From a virus: DNA of 64,000 nucleotides. Of this stretch, positions 26,201 to 36,275 are shown piece after piece. The DNA lies in the IMG/VR virus record IMGVR_UViG_3300007734_000761, positions 1-64,000 of that record; one strand, written 5' to 3'. Under the pieces are notes generated by a model, which saw only the letters and a list, made by a program, of their open reading frames with translations, ran no database searches and was not told the origin of the DNA. Made by a program: the position numbers and the translations under genes. How positions within the stretch are numbered: the first letter of the stretch is position 1; each line of letters starts with the position of its first letter.

Positions 26201-26608
26201 CTATTTTTCATCTGGACCTGCAGGTAAATCTTCGTCTCCTGCTTCTGCTTTAGGAACATTACCACCAATAATATTTTTCATAATATATTGAGACAATGAA
26301 TCTAAAGGAATAATAAAACCTATTGCTGTTAATTTATCTTCGAAGTCCTTGTCACGATCAACTATAATATCGTACTTGGAAAATTTTCTTTGTAAGTAGG
26401 CTGCTAAATCGTTTCCAACTTCATTCAACCGAGTTCCGTCCAATTGGGAACTGTCCTTAGGATAAAATTGCATTCGAACACCTACTTTTGTTGGGTTTTT
26501 ATTTACGTCAAACTTTACAGACCAATCGTATCCACCAAATTTAGTTGAATAACGAACTGGTCCAGTTATATTTGAAACTTCATTTAATATATTAGTTAAA
26601 CTAATCAT
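26201..26608 (-). CDS. putative internal virion protein with LxE leader
   Basis: MISLTNILNE; late motif ATATTTAT at 26617-26624. Confidence 0.6.
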   Translation of the reverse strand: MISLTNILNEVSNITGPVRYSTKFGGYDWSVKFDVNKNPTKVGVRMQFYPKDSSQLDGTRLNEVGNDLAAYLQRKFSKYDIIVDRDKDFEDKLTAIGFIIPLDSLSQYIMKNIIGGNVPKAEAGDEDLPAGPDEK

Positions 26609-27671
26609 TGTTGTCTATAAATATTAACTCTTTAGAACGATCTGCAAGAGAGTTAATAGTAATTGTAAGATTTCCTACTTGAAATTTTCCTGTTTCGTTT
26701 GTTTCTTGAACTATTTGATTTAAGTTTATTACAACATGGTATTCTTCTTCGGCAAATGTATTAGTATTTAATTCAACTATTACGTCAAAGCTACTTGGAT
26801 CTTGCGGGTTAATTTCACTAAACCAATCGTCTACCGGACTGGGTTTATAATCATGTATTATCGCGCATTTTTTATAAACTGGCGTTAAAATAGGATATTG
26901 ATATTCATCATTTTTAATCCAACTTCCCCATTTCTTGATGTAATACTGTCTTGCTTTCTGTTCAGCTTGAGTAAAATAATCATCATTTTTTCCAATTTCA
27001 CCAGTCCATCTGTGTCCTCTACAAGTTAAATGATAAACAAAACTATCTCTACTTTGAATCAATTCATAACCTGCTAAAATCCATCTTTGAAAAATATCAC
27101 TGTCTTCATATGGAAATGGAGCAAAACCCCAATCGTGTCCTCCTATTGATAAAAAATCTTCTTTATAAATTACCCAAGGAGCAAACATTCCTTTTGTTGT
27201 TTGGTCTTTATGTTTAGGTTGAATGATACCTACAAACTTTTCAAAATCTTCAATGTTTAAACTGTCAAAATCTAAACCAAAGTTTTGAACAATTTTTTCA
27301 GGTCCTGAAGGATGCAATGGTGGTTCAATTCTAGTGCCGCAAACTACAGTTTTGGGTTTTAAGTGTTTAATACAATTTTCTACATAATTAGGCCCCATAA
27401 TCATGTCAGCATGCATAATTCCAACTATTTCATTTGTAGCAGCTTTAATGCCTTTATCATATAACACAGTATGACCTACACGCACATCACTTTTAAGTAT
27501 TTTACAATTTCTATCTAATGTAGCTGTTTTTAACATCCAACCCCAAGTGCCATCAGTTGAAGCATCATCATAAAGAATAATTTCAGCTTGAGGTGCATGT
27601 TTTTTAATGCTTTCATAAGCATTTTTTAAGTGTCTTAAGTTATTGTGACTAGGAATTACTATTGAGATCAT
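26601..27671 (-). CDS. glycosyltransferase family 2
   Basis: ISIVIPSHN, DDASTDGT, HADM, GGHD..EDSD. Confidence 0.92.
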   Translation of the reverse strand: MISIVIPSHNNLRHLKNAYESIKKHAPQAEIILYDDASTDGTWGWMLKTATLDRNCKILKSDVRVGHTVLYDKGIKAATNEIVGIMHADMIMGPNYVENCIKHLKPKTVVCGTRIEPPLHPSGPEKIVQNFGLDFDSLNIEDFEKFVGIIQPKHKDQTTKGMFAPWVIYKEDFLSIGGHDWGFAPFPYEDSDIFQRWILAGYELIQSRDSFVYHLTCRGHRWTGEIGKNDDYFTQAEQKARQYYIKKWGSWIKNDEYQYPILTPVYKKCAIIHDYKPSPVDDWFSEINPQDPSSFDVIVELNTNTFAEEEYHVVINLNQIVQETNETGKFQVGNLTITINSLADRSKELIFIDNND

Positions 27672-28296
27672 AATTTACATTTTTAAATAAAACATCTTTT
27701 TGAATACCATCTAAATCTACTTCATCGAGAATTTCAAACCCTTGATTTTTCAAATAGTTAACTACATCATTATAATATGATTGATTTTCCCATACTTGAG
27801 ATACTTCTAATTCAATTTGAATGTATTTAGTATTTTTTAGTTTTTCACCAAATCCTTCTAATACTTGTAGCCCTAAACCTTCAACATCAATTTTCATAAA
27901 ATCAAATTTATCAATATTAATTTGACTCATTACTTCTTCCATCCTCCACCCGTCAACTTCAATTTGTTCTGATGTAAACGATGATAAAGTTCTATTTAAC
28001 ACAGAAGAAACTCCAACATTTTCTTCTTGTCCAAAAATTCCAGCATTGAAGTTTATAATACCGGTTTGATTAGATGCTGCTATATTAAATGTTCTATATT
28101 GAGGATACTGTGAAATAATATTTTTAAAACATTGAGGATGAGCTTCAATAATAAAACAATTTACTGAGTTTATGTTAAAGTAATGACTTATATAATGAGT
28201 ATCATGACCATCGCGGGAACCAATTTCAATAAATGACGTTGGTTCAAAATTTTCTTGTTTAAGTAAATCTGTTAATTGGTAAATATCGTGTCTCAT
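27649..28296 (-). CDS. FkbM family methyltransferase
   Basis: IEIGS..G, IEAHP, MKIDVEG..VLEG. Confidence 0.9.
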   Translation of the reverse strand: MRHDIYQLTDLLKQENFEPTSFIEIGSRDGHDTHYISHYFNINSVNCFIIEAHPQCFKNIISQYPQYRTFNIAASNQTGIINFNAGIFGQEENVGVSSVLNRTLSSFTSEQIEVDGWRMEEVMSQINIDKFDFMKIDVEGLGLQVLEGFGEKLKNTKYIQIELEVSQVWENQSYYNDVVNYLKNQGFEILDEVDLDGIQKDVLFKNVNYDLNSNS

Positions 28297-29027
28297 GGGT
28301 GATAATTTTCTGCTTTTTGTCTTTGATCTAAAAATCTATCCCAAAGTCCTTTTTCTCTAAAATACTGAAACATTTCTTGTTCTGCTAACTGGTTATATTG
28401 AGAAATAATAGGATTATCACTGTTATCTTTTACAGAACCATTACCAAAATGAACAACAGGTAACCAATCACAAACTCCTACTTTCCATCCTTCATCCTCA
28501 CAAATAATTCCAGTCATAACATCTTGAACCCATCCAAAATGACTTCCGAAACCACCTACTTTTTCTACAAATTTTCTTTTTAACAAGCTACATTGATAAT
28601 CAACCCATGGAACATAACGCAGTGTTTTATGACCCCAATTATGTATAGCTTTCCAATGACATTGATTTTTTTCTGGTTGAATAACACACCCACTTACTGA
28701 TACTAAGTCTTCTTCACTAAATAATTCATTTCTTAATGATTTAACAAAATTTTGTCCATGAATAATTAAATCACTATTTAACAACATCATTGAATCATAT
28801 TGATTATTTTCAATAAAATAATTCATTGTAACATCTAATCCTCCACCATAATATACGTTTTCTTCTAGTCTAAATGTGGTGTACTTAGATGTTTTTTGTA
28901 AATCAGAACCATTATCAATAACAACCAAGTCATAATCATCACGTTCATAAGGTTTTAACATTTCATATAAAGTATCAGTATATTGAGTACTATTATAATG
29001 TAAAATCGCAACTAAACTTTTTGTCAT
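28293..29027 (-). CDS. glycosyltransferase (GT2-like)
   Basis: VIDNGSD, N..YGGG, LLNSD. Confidence 0.85.
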   Translation of the reverse strand: MTKSLVAILHYNSTQYTDTLYEMLKPYERDDYDLVVIDNGSDLQKTSKYTTFRLEENVYYGGGLDVTMNYFIENNQYDSMMLLNSDLIIHGQNFVKSLRNELFSEEDLVSVSGCVIQPEKNQCHWKAIHNWGHKTLRYVPWVDYQCSLLKRKFVEKVGGFGSHFGWVQDVMTGIICEDEGWKVGVCDWLPVVHFGNGSVKDNSDNPIISQYNQLAEQEMFQYFREKGLWDRFLDQRQKAENYHP

Positions 29028-30247
29028 ACAGTTTTAATATTTGGTATTAGTATAATAAAATTTCCTGAATAAGACTCTTTTAAACTTTCCATAATATAAT
29101 CTGCAAAATTGTGAGCTAAAATTAAAATATAATCTGGTTGTTTTTCTTTTAAAATGTCTCTACTTACAATTTTAATACCAGTACCCGGTACAAATTTACC
29201 TTGCTTTAAATCTGTGTCATCTATAATATAATCAAGATGCAAATCAGTTAATCCCATAGCATTTAAATAAATACAACCTTTAGCAGCAGCACCAAAACCA
29301 TAAATAGTTTTACCTGAGTTTTTAATTTTTTTAATAAAATCTCTAGAATTTTTAATGTGTTCTTGTACTTGATCACCCCACTTAATGTGATATTCTAAAT
29401 CATAATTTTTTTCTAATTGTAAATAAGCTTCAACAGTAATGTCAGGTGTTAATTTACTTTCTTTTTTAGCAATTACTAATCTCAACGTTCCTCCATGAAT
29501 GTTTTGTTTAGTTACATTGATTAACTTCATTCCATGTTTTTCCATCATCATTTTCATTGGTGTAACTAAATGATAATACATGTGTTCATGATAAATTTGA
29601 TCAAATTGATTTGTTTTCATATCATGAATCCAATAAGGAAATTCTAATACCCAAATACTATGTTTAGTTAAAATCTTACTAACACCTTCTGCAAATCCAT
29701 TAATATCCTTCAAATGTTGAAATACATTTGTTGAAGTAACTACATCTACTTTACCTATTTTATCAACGGTATCAACTCCAAAGAACTCAGTTAGTGTAGG
29801 AACACCTTTTGCTTCTGATAAAGGAGCTAAATTTTCAGATGGATCTACATTTAACACGTTAATGTCCTTTTCACTTACTTCTTTAAAAGCAGCTAATAAG
29901 GTTCCATCGTTTCCACCAATATCAACTATTTTAGTTAGAGCTGTTATTTTTACATATTCCTGAATAAATTCAAACATTTTTTTACAATGTTCAACATATG
30001 GAATGTTTATTTCAGATTTAAATAAATAATTTTTAAATAATAACTCACTATCAACAGCAAAATCTAGACTAGATTCACCAGATGCTGGGTAATAATTTAT
30101 ATTTAAGGGAAAACGTTCTGCATTTAATGCTTCTTCTCTAGTATCACACAAATTATTTACTAAAGGTATATTACCTAAATCAAAGTATTTAATTTGCTCA
30201 TCATGACCTGTTATTGGACACTCTTTAATGTAAGAATGATTGTTCAT
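29024..30247 (-). CDS. NDP-hexose C-methyltransferase
   Basis: DIGGNDGTLL, NVFQH, FDQIYHEH, IHGGTLR, GFGAAAKG, KQGKFVPGT, ILAHNFA. Confidence 0.92.
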   Translation of the reverse strand: MNNHSYIKECPITGHDEQIKYFDLGNIPLVNNLCDTREEALNAERFPLNINYYPASGESSLDFAVDSELLFKNYLFKSEINIPYVEHCKKMFEFIQEYVKITALTKIVDIGGNDGTLLAAFKEVSEKDINVLNVDPSENLAPLSEAKGVPTLTEFFGVDTVDKIGKVDVVTSTNVFQHLKDINGFAEGVSKILTKHSIWVLEFPYWIHDMKTNQFDQIYHEHMYYHLVTPMKMMMEKHGMKLINVTKQNIHGGTLRLVIAKKESKLTPDITVEAYLQLEKNYDLEYHIKWGDQVQEHIKNSRDFIKKIKNSGKTIYGFGAAAKGCIYLNAMGLTDLHLDYIIDDTDLKQGKFVPGTGIKIVSRDILKEKQPDYILILAHNFADYIMESLKESYSGNFIILIPNIKTV

Positions 30248-30905
30248 ATTTTTCTGTATTTAATGTAAAGTTTGTAGATATTTCTTTTTGTGTTGGGTTT
30301 GTTTTATTTCGTTTTTGAACGTATTCGTAAATACTTTTAGTTTCAGTGCCTATATTTAATACTCCTGTAGTATTTGATAAAGCCGATTTTAAAATCATAG
30401 GAGCAATTACATCAATATAATCTTTACTTACTAATTGATTAGTCCAAGAATTTTCATAAAAAATTTCATCTGATCCAAAACTTGTTCTAATAATAAGATG
30501 ATTCGGTACTAAACATACACTACATTCTCCACCTAATTTAGTCCATGCATATTCATTATATGGTAAAATAGGATCTGTTTCTTTATAATTACCCACTGTT
30601 CCTTCATATATGTAATCAGTACTAATATACACTAATCTTTTCTTCTGTTGAATACAATAATTAGAAATATTAGCTGTACCTACTATATTTGTATTAATAG
30701 CTACAACAGGATTATTTTTTACCATTGTAGAATTAGTAACAGCACCTGCATGTATGATAATATCTGGGTTTACTTCCATTATTTTTCTAGTAGTTTGTGG
30801 GTCTGTAATATTATAATTATAACTGTCTAAAACTACTAGATTAGGATAAAGCTTTTGTAATTCTTGACTTAAAATGCCTGACTTACCCGTAATTGCTACT
30901 TTCAT
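30225..30905 (-). CDS. RmlD-like NAD(P)-dependent sugar-nucleotide reductase
   Basis: ITGKSGIL, YISTDYIY, YAWTK, IIRTSF. Confidence 0.88.
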   Translation of the reverse strand: MKVAITGKSGILSQELQKLYPNLVVLDSYNYNITDPQTTRKIMEVNPDIIIHAGAVTNSTMVKNNPVVAINTNIVGTANISNYCIQQKKRLVYISTDYIYEGTVGNYKETDPILPYNEYAWTKLGGECSVCLVPNHLIIRTSFGSDEIFYENSWTNQLVSKDYIDVIAPMILKSALSNTTGVLNIGTETKSIYEYVQKRNKTNPTQKEISTNFTLNTEKYEQSFLH

Positions 30906-31603
30906 AATAAATTTTCTTTTGTTGGATTGACAGCAAAGTAAATGTATTTTTTAGGTAAATGTAAACATTCTACTTTTTCTACATCATAAGGATAAACTTT
31001 AGTATAAAATAAATAAGGAATACTAGCTGCACTTTCTAATTGATCACAGTTTCCATATTGAAAACTATATTGTTTAAAATATGTTTCCCATAATTTATTA
31101 TCAATCATATTTTTTACATCTTGTTTACTAAACAACCAATTTCCACTGTGTAAATTCCAAGGTTCCCAAACATCATCAAACTTTTGTTTAACGGTTCCTT
31201 CTTGACCTCGATGTATTCCATGAACCGGATTCATGTCGAAATATCGTTTAGTATTATCTCTATCATCAAATTCATATCTAATAAAACCTGGAATGAGAGG
31301 ACTAGGTAAAGTGTTGTATAAATTAATTACGTTTTTTACTGATTCTTCTGGAATTAGAATATCATCTTCGTTGTATAATACATAATCCCAGTCTTTATCA
31401 ATATTGTTTAAAACCCATTCTCTTGGTTTATAGACTAATTCTCTACCTACTGATTTATCGAAGTATACAGTTTCATCTACACTTAAAGTATGGTCTTCAG
31501 TAGTAAATAAGATTATAGTGGAAACTTTTTTAAGTTCCTCTATAACCTTACTTACAAACTCATTATTAGGATTAAAACTTGGGATTAATGATATTATTTT
31601 CAT
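30902..31603 (-). CDS. putative glycosyltransferase
   Basis: DYVLYNEDDI DxD-like motif; cluster context. Confidence 0.6.
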   Translation of the reverse strand: MKIISLIPSFNPNNEFVSKVIEELKKVSTIILFTTEDHTLSVDETVYFDKSVGRELVYKPREWVLNNIDKDWDYVLYNEDDILIPEESVKNVINLYNTLPSPLIPGFIRYEFDDRDNTKRYFDMNPVHGIHRGQEGTVKQKFDDVWEPWNLHSGNWLFSKQDVKNMIDNKLWETYFKQYSFQYGNCDQLESAASIPYLFYTKVYPYDVEKVECLHLPKKYIYFAVNPTKENLL

Positions 31604-32235
31604 TTAATATATTTGATTCCTATTCCCATTTCATCAGCAACAGAAATTTCTTCATCTAAAACAATATTAGAATCTTGAATAGCTTGATAAACTCCACAAT
31701 GTTCATTAGTTTCAATAGGTCTAATATCATGAAACATTAACATGTCTGTAGCTAAACTAGAAAATTTATCAATATCATTCTTAATTTCGTGATATTTGTG
31801 ACCAGCATCTATGAACACCATATCATAAGTTTGATGATATTTTTGTACTTCACTCAAAGCATTTTCATTAAAAGTATTCATATCAATTAAGGTAGCAGTC
31901 ATTTTAGGCTGATCATTAATGTAATTAATACTATTATAAAGTGGTCTATTGTTAGGATCATGATCAATCATAGTAATTGTAACATAATCTCCTTCAATTC
32001 CTTTTTCTTTACAAAACTCAGCAAAAGCAATACCCCATAATCCTTTCCAAGCTCCTACTTCTAAAAAAGTAAGTTTAGATGGCTTCTTTTTCTCATAAAA
32101 TTCTTTAATAAAATTCCATGCTTTGAAAAATTCACTTTGTCTTTGAGAACCATCAAATGAAGGAAAATTGTCGTTTGTGTAGTACTGTTTTGTGTGAACC
32201 CATGAATAGGCCTCAATAATATTTAATTCTAACAT
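31600..32235 (-). CDS. class I SAM-dependent methyltransferase
   Basis: LEVGAWKG, DMVFIDAGH.Y..D, MFHD. Confidence 0.9.
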   Translation of the reverse strand: MLELNIIEAYSWVHTKQYYTNDNFPSFDGSQRQSEFFKAWNFIKEFYEKKKPSKLTFLEVGAWKGLWGIAFAEFCKEKGIEGDYVTITMIDHDPNNRPLYNSINYINDQPKMTATLIDMNTFNENALSEVQKYHQTYDMVFIDAGHKYHEIKNDIDKFSSLATDMLMFHDIRPIETNEHCGVYQAIQDSNIVLDEEISVADEMGIGIKYIK

Positions 32236-32237
32236 AG

Positions 32238-33032
32238 TTAATATTTTACAGGTGCATTAAAATTTGATTGCATTATTATTCCTAAATAATTTTGAGCAAT
32301 GTGTTGTGTTGTGTAACCTTGTTGTTTGTATTCTTCAATTTGTTGAGCATAGTGAAATACTTTAAATAGAGGTTCTACTGGGTAGATAGGAATAGATTTA
32401 AAATGAAGTAATGATTCTCCATACCAGCTAAATTCACTTGGTGAAAATTCTAACATTTGTTCCCAAGTTAAGTTATTGGGTTTGATATAATTTTCTTCTA
32501 AATCTTTCCATACTTTACTTGACCAAATAGTAGGAACAGGTCCAAAATCATAATGTTTTCCTTTTCTACCAAAAACACTCATAATCTTTTCTCTATCATT
32601 AATATAAGAAATTTTTGGATCAAATCCAAGAATATGAGACTTATTTACAGTCCAAGTAAATAATTCTTTTTGTTCATGAATAACAGTAAATGGAGTTTCT
32701 TCATCAAACATAAAATCAGACTTATAAAAATCTCTAATAAAATAAGCATCCGAGTCTATACAGACATAATTTTTTACTAAACCTAATTGCCAAAAATTAC
32801 TTTTTACTATTTGTTGAGAAACCCAACCAGGAGCATCAGATTTATATATTGCTTCATCTTCAATAAGTCTTGTTTCAGGTAATGCGTTTTGAAACTTTTT
32901 TAAATCTTTGTAAGGAGCACTAACATAAACAGGAATGTTATCAACATTGTGTTTATTTATACTTTCTACTAAGTTACTTACTAAATTTAAATCTCTGTCA
33001 AATGATTTACAATATAGTGCTATATTATCCAT
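32238..33032 (-). CDS. putative glycosyltransferase (GT-A fold)
   Basis: GWVSQQIVK, CIDSD DxD, SEFSWYG. Confidence 0.65.
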   Translation of the reverse strand: MDNIALYCKSFDRDLNLVSNLVESINKHNVDNIPVYVSAPYKDLKKFQNALPETRLIEDEAIYKSDAPGWVSQQIVKSNFWQLGLVKNYVCIDSDAYFIRDFYKSDFMFDEETPFTVIHEQKELFTWTVNKSHILGFDPKISYINDREKIMSVFGRKGKHYDFGPVPTIWSSKVWKDLEENYIKPNNLTWEQMLEFSPSEFSWYGESLLHFKSIPIYPVEPLFKVFHYAQQIEEYKQQGYTTQHIAQNYLGIIMQSNFNAPVKY

Positions 33033-33880
33033 TATTTTACTCCATTAACCATTCCATACTCATCAAATGTAGGCATTCCACCCCATTTATTGTAAAACTT
33101 CATAGCATTATCTCTTTCAGCTATAACTTGCCTTCTAGATGATTTACCATCATTTTCTTCTAATCTATGACTACCCCTTGCTCCAAAGTGCCAAACCATA
33201 GATTTACTTGTTAAAATAAATTGGTAACCTTCTTGTTTCATTCTTAAAAATAAATCCATGTCTTCCCAAGATGTAGGAGAAAACTGTGAGTCGTTTCCTC
33301 CTATTCTATCCCAATCTTCTTTTTTAATTAGTCCACTTACTCCTTCAGCTTTTGGAATAGTAAAATTATTTTGACTAGTAAAAATATCTATCCAATCTTC
33401 TAAAATTTCCTTATCTAAATCATAATAATAAGCACCAAAAGTATCTTTAGGAACAATAATTGTTCCTGGTCTGCTTGACCCATTTCCGAACATGTCTGGT
33501 TCTACTCTATGACTAAACACCCAAGTAGGAATACTATGTTTTTCTAATTCTTCAATGCAAGCTAAATCCCAAAAATGACCTACATAAAAATCACTGTGTA
33601 AAAACATTATATATTTTGTTTGTACTTTATCAGCACAAAAATTCATTCCTCCACCAATACCTTTAGGAACGTTATTTTTTTCTACATAATATTCAATATT
33701 ATACTGGTCTTTAGCATCACGTAGCCATTCATCAGTTCCATCATTACAATTTTCAGCATACACAATAAAAGGAGCATTTTTATAAAAACTGTTTTTTCTA
33801 ACAGATTCAACAGCCAATTTTAAATACTCTAAATTATTGTATGTGCTAATACAAAAAGTTAAAGGGCTAGATTGTGTCAT
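33032..33880 (-). CDS. glycosyltransferase family 2
   Basis: ISTYNN, DGT, FLHSD, WEDMDLFLR; paralog of 26601..27671. Confidence 0.9.
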   Translation of the reverse strand: MTQSSPLTFCISTYNNLEYLKLAVESVRKNSFYKNAPFIVYAENCNDGTDEWLRDAKDQYNIEYYVEKNNVPKGIGGGMNFCADKVQTKYIMFLHSDFYVGHFWDLACIEELEKHSIPTWVFSHRVEPDMFGNGSSRPGTIIVPKDTFGAYYYDLDKEILEDWIDIFTSQNNFTIPKAEGVSGLIKKEDWDRIGGNDSQFSPTSWEDMDLFLRMKQEGYQFILTSKSMVWHFGARGSHRLEENDGKSSRRQVIAERDNAMKFYNKWGGMPTFDEYGMVNGVK

Positions 33881-34526
33881 AAAGATTGTTTTGTTGTTCT
33901 TGTCTTTGAATAGTTTTATTATGTACTAATGCTAATACATCTTCAGCTGGTAGTAAAGTAGCATTTTTAAATCCTACTAACTTTTCATGTACTTTACCCT
34001 CCCAATAAACTTCAGGAATATTTTTACAAATTCTAAACTGATAGTCAGGCCAATTAATTCTTCCATTTTCTACTTTCCATCCCCATTTTTCAATATGGTA
34101 TGGTGTTAAACCGGACACTGTATTAATTCTAGGGACTAAAAAACAATCAAAATCAGGATTCATATTTAAAATCTCTCGAATTAAATGAATCTGATCTTGG
34201 CTTACTTCTTCATCTGCATCTATGAAAAAAATATAATCTCTTGTGCAATTTTTCTTAATATTGTTTTTAAATTCGGAAAAATCATTATTTAATGAACTAA
34301 ATATTTTTGTAACAGGAGTGATAACTTTCTTTTTTCTAGAAGTTAAAGGACTATAGATACCTTCAAAATCAGATACTATTTTAATCACTTCATCTGTTGT
34401 GTTATTATTGTCAACTTGAATAATAATTTCATCATCTTCTACAACACAACGTTCAAGTTGTTTTAGTAAACGTTTTAATTCATTCGCTTCATTACAAACT
34501 GTAATGGCAAAACTAATATTTGTCAT
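33867..34526 (-). CDS. glycosyltransferase family 2
   Basis: ISFAITVCNE, FIDADE, WPDYQFR, VHE. Confidence 0.9.
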   Translation of the reverse strand: MTNISFAITVCNEANELKRLLKQLERCVVEDDEIIIQVDNNNTTDEVIKIVSDFEGIYSPLTSRKKKVITPVTKIFSSLNNDFSEFKNNIKKNCTRDYIFFIDADEEVSQDQIHLIREILNMNPDFDCFLVPRINTVSGLTPYHIEKWGWKVENGRINWPDYQFRICKNIPEVYWEGKVHEKLVGFKNATLLPAEDVLALVHNKTIQRQEQQNNLYDTI

Positions 34527-34975
34527 ATAACCTCAATATAATTAAGGGCTTTTAAAAATCCCATCTTTCCGAAGTGTTCTAAAGTACTACTATCTGACTT
34601 ATAAGGAGGTACTTCTTTATTTTCGTTAATGTAAACTTGTTTTTCTTCTTCAGTTAAAGGTCTATTTTTAATAGCACCCCAACCCCAATTTTCTATACTA
34701 TTTCCATCAACAAAAACAATTCCAGTTTCGTTTTGAATTACTAATGGATACCAAACTCTTTTTTCATTATCTATATATTTAAGATCTTTATAGAGTTCAG
34801 GAAGAATTTCTTCAAATTGTTCCATATCAAATTCTCCTTCTTTAAGTAAATCATTAGCTGTAAATCCACACCCAGTGCAACTATAGCTCCAAGCTGTTTC
34901 ATTTATTTGAGTGGTGTAACACATGTCACTTCCACAATGTTCACATTTTGTTAATTTATCTTCCATATTAAGCAA
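34523..34975 (-). CDS. Zn-ribbon hypothetical protein
   Basis: CEHCGS..CTGCGF. Confidence 0.7.
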   Translation of the reverse strand: MLNMEDKLTKCEHCGSDMCYTTQINETAWSYSCTGCGFTANDLLKEGEFDMEQFEEILPELYKDLKYIDNEKRVWYPLVIQNETGIVFVDGNSIENWGWGAIKNRPLTEEEKQVYINENKEVPPYKSDSSTLEHFGKMGFLKALNYIEVI

Positions 34976-36272
34976 TTTTATTTAATTTAGGTAATGTTGG
35001 TAAAACTAGTTTTGGTGTCTTTCTTACATTTTTATTATAATATTCTTTTAATGTTTCAACCATTTTTTCAAAACTGAAATTTGATTTAGCATAGTGGGTT
35101 TGACGTTTTGCATTAGCTTCATATTTTTTATAATTACTCCAAACATCTACCATCTTTTGAGAAGCAGAAACAAAATCTGCTTCAAACCAACTACTTTCTT
35201 TTACTAAAATATTTTCTACTACAGCAGATGGATGAATTGGTTGTAATCTTCCTTCAACCAAACTAACAAATTCACGATTTAGAAAATCTACGTGTCCTGA
35301 CCATCCACTAGCAATGATTGGTTTTTTAAACATACTAAACTCTAATAAAGGACGACCAAAACCTTCACCTTTGGTAAAATTAATCATAGCTTTTACTTTA
35401 GGATGGTTATAAAGATGATTCATATCTTCTTCTTCTAATTCTCCATGTATCAAGTAGATATTAGGTAACTTTTTAGCTTTTACTGTACTTTTAATACTAT
35501 TAATTTTATTTAATACTTCAGTACGATCCATAATACTTCCATTATGAATTGCTGTTTTTAAAATTAAAGCAGGGGCATTATGTTTATTTTTAAATGTTTC
35601 TAAAAATACTTTAATAGTTTGACCTACATTTTTTCTGTCTTGACCAAATTCCCCTTGTAACCAATGTCCTACAAATAAAAATGCGAAGTTCTCATCAATG
35701 TTGTCGAGAGATGTGATTAAATCTGTTTCTGGTAGGTCATTGTTATTTATTTCAAAATATGTATTTAAATCAACACCTTCAAACAAAACTTCTACTGGTT
35801 TTTGAATTTGAATTCTTCTTGTAACTTCTCCATTAGGATTTCTTTCTTCCGCTTGAGTTGCTTCAAATACTCTTTTAGCGTGTACTGAGCTAACTAAAGT
35901 TAAATCCATACGGTTAATTCCATCAATCCAACTAGGATGACATAATGTTGTTTCAATACCTGCTGTTACTCCAATGTTATAATTTCCGATAGGTTGAAAC
36001 TCATTTGGAATTGTAATTTGCATCCAAACATCAGGTTTTTGATTAAGAGGTTGTTGAAAAGGTAACATTTTTGGTTCTAACCATCCCCATTCTTCTTTAT
36101 GGTCTTGAATGTATCCCCAAGGTGTTTCACCCCAACGTTGAGGCATTACCCAAACATCCCATTCGTCTTTTTTAGCTTCAACAGTGGCTTTGACAAAATC
36201 ACGTGCTCGTGAACCATATCCACTATAGGTGTCAATAGGGCAACTAATAACTACATATTGTTTTTGTTCCAT
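34968..36272 (-). CDS. glycosyltransferase (GT4/GT-B)
   Basis: SGYG, RKN, KGEGFGRPLLEF. Confidence 0.92.
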   Translation of the reverse strand: MEQKQYVVISCPIDTYSGYGSRARDFVKATVEAKKDEWDVWVMPQRWGETPWGYIQDHKEEWGWLEPKMLPFQQPLNQKPDVWMQITIPNEFQPIGNYNIGVTAGIETTLCHPSWIDGINRMDLTLVSSVHAKRVFEATQAEERNPNGEVTRRIQIQKPVEVLFEGVDLNTYFEINNNDLPETDLITSLDNIDENFAFLFVGHWLQGEFGQDRKNVGQTIKVFLETFKNKHNAPALILKTAIHNGSIMDRTEVLNKINSIKSTVKAKKLPNIYLIHGELEEEDMNHLYNHPKVKAMINFTKGEGFGRPLLEFSMFKKPIIASGWSGHVDFLNREFVSLVEGRLQPIHPSAVVENILVKESSWFEADFVSASQKMVDVWSNYKKYEANAKRQTHYAKSNFSFEKMVETLKEYYNKNVRKTPKLVLPTLPKLNKIA

Positions 36273-36275
36273 AAC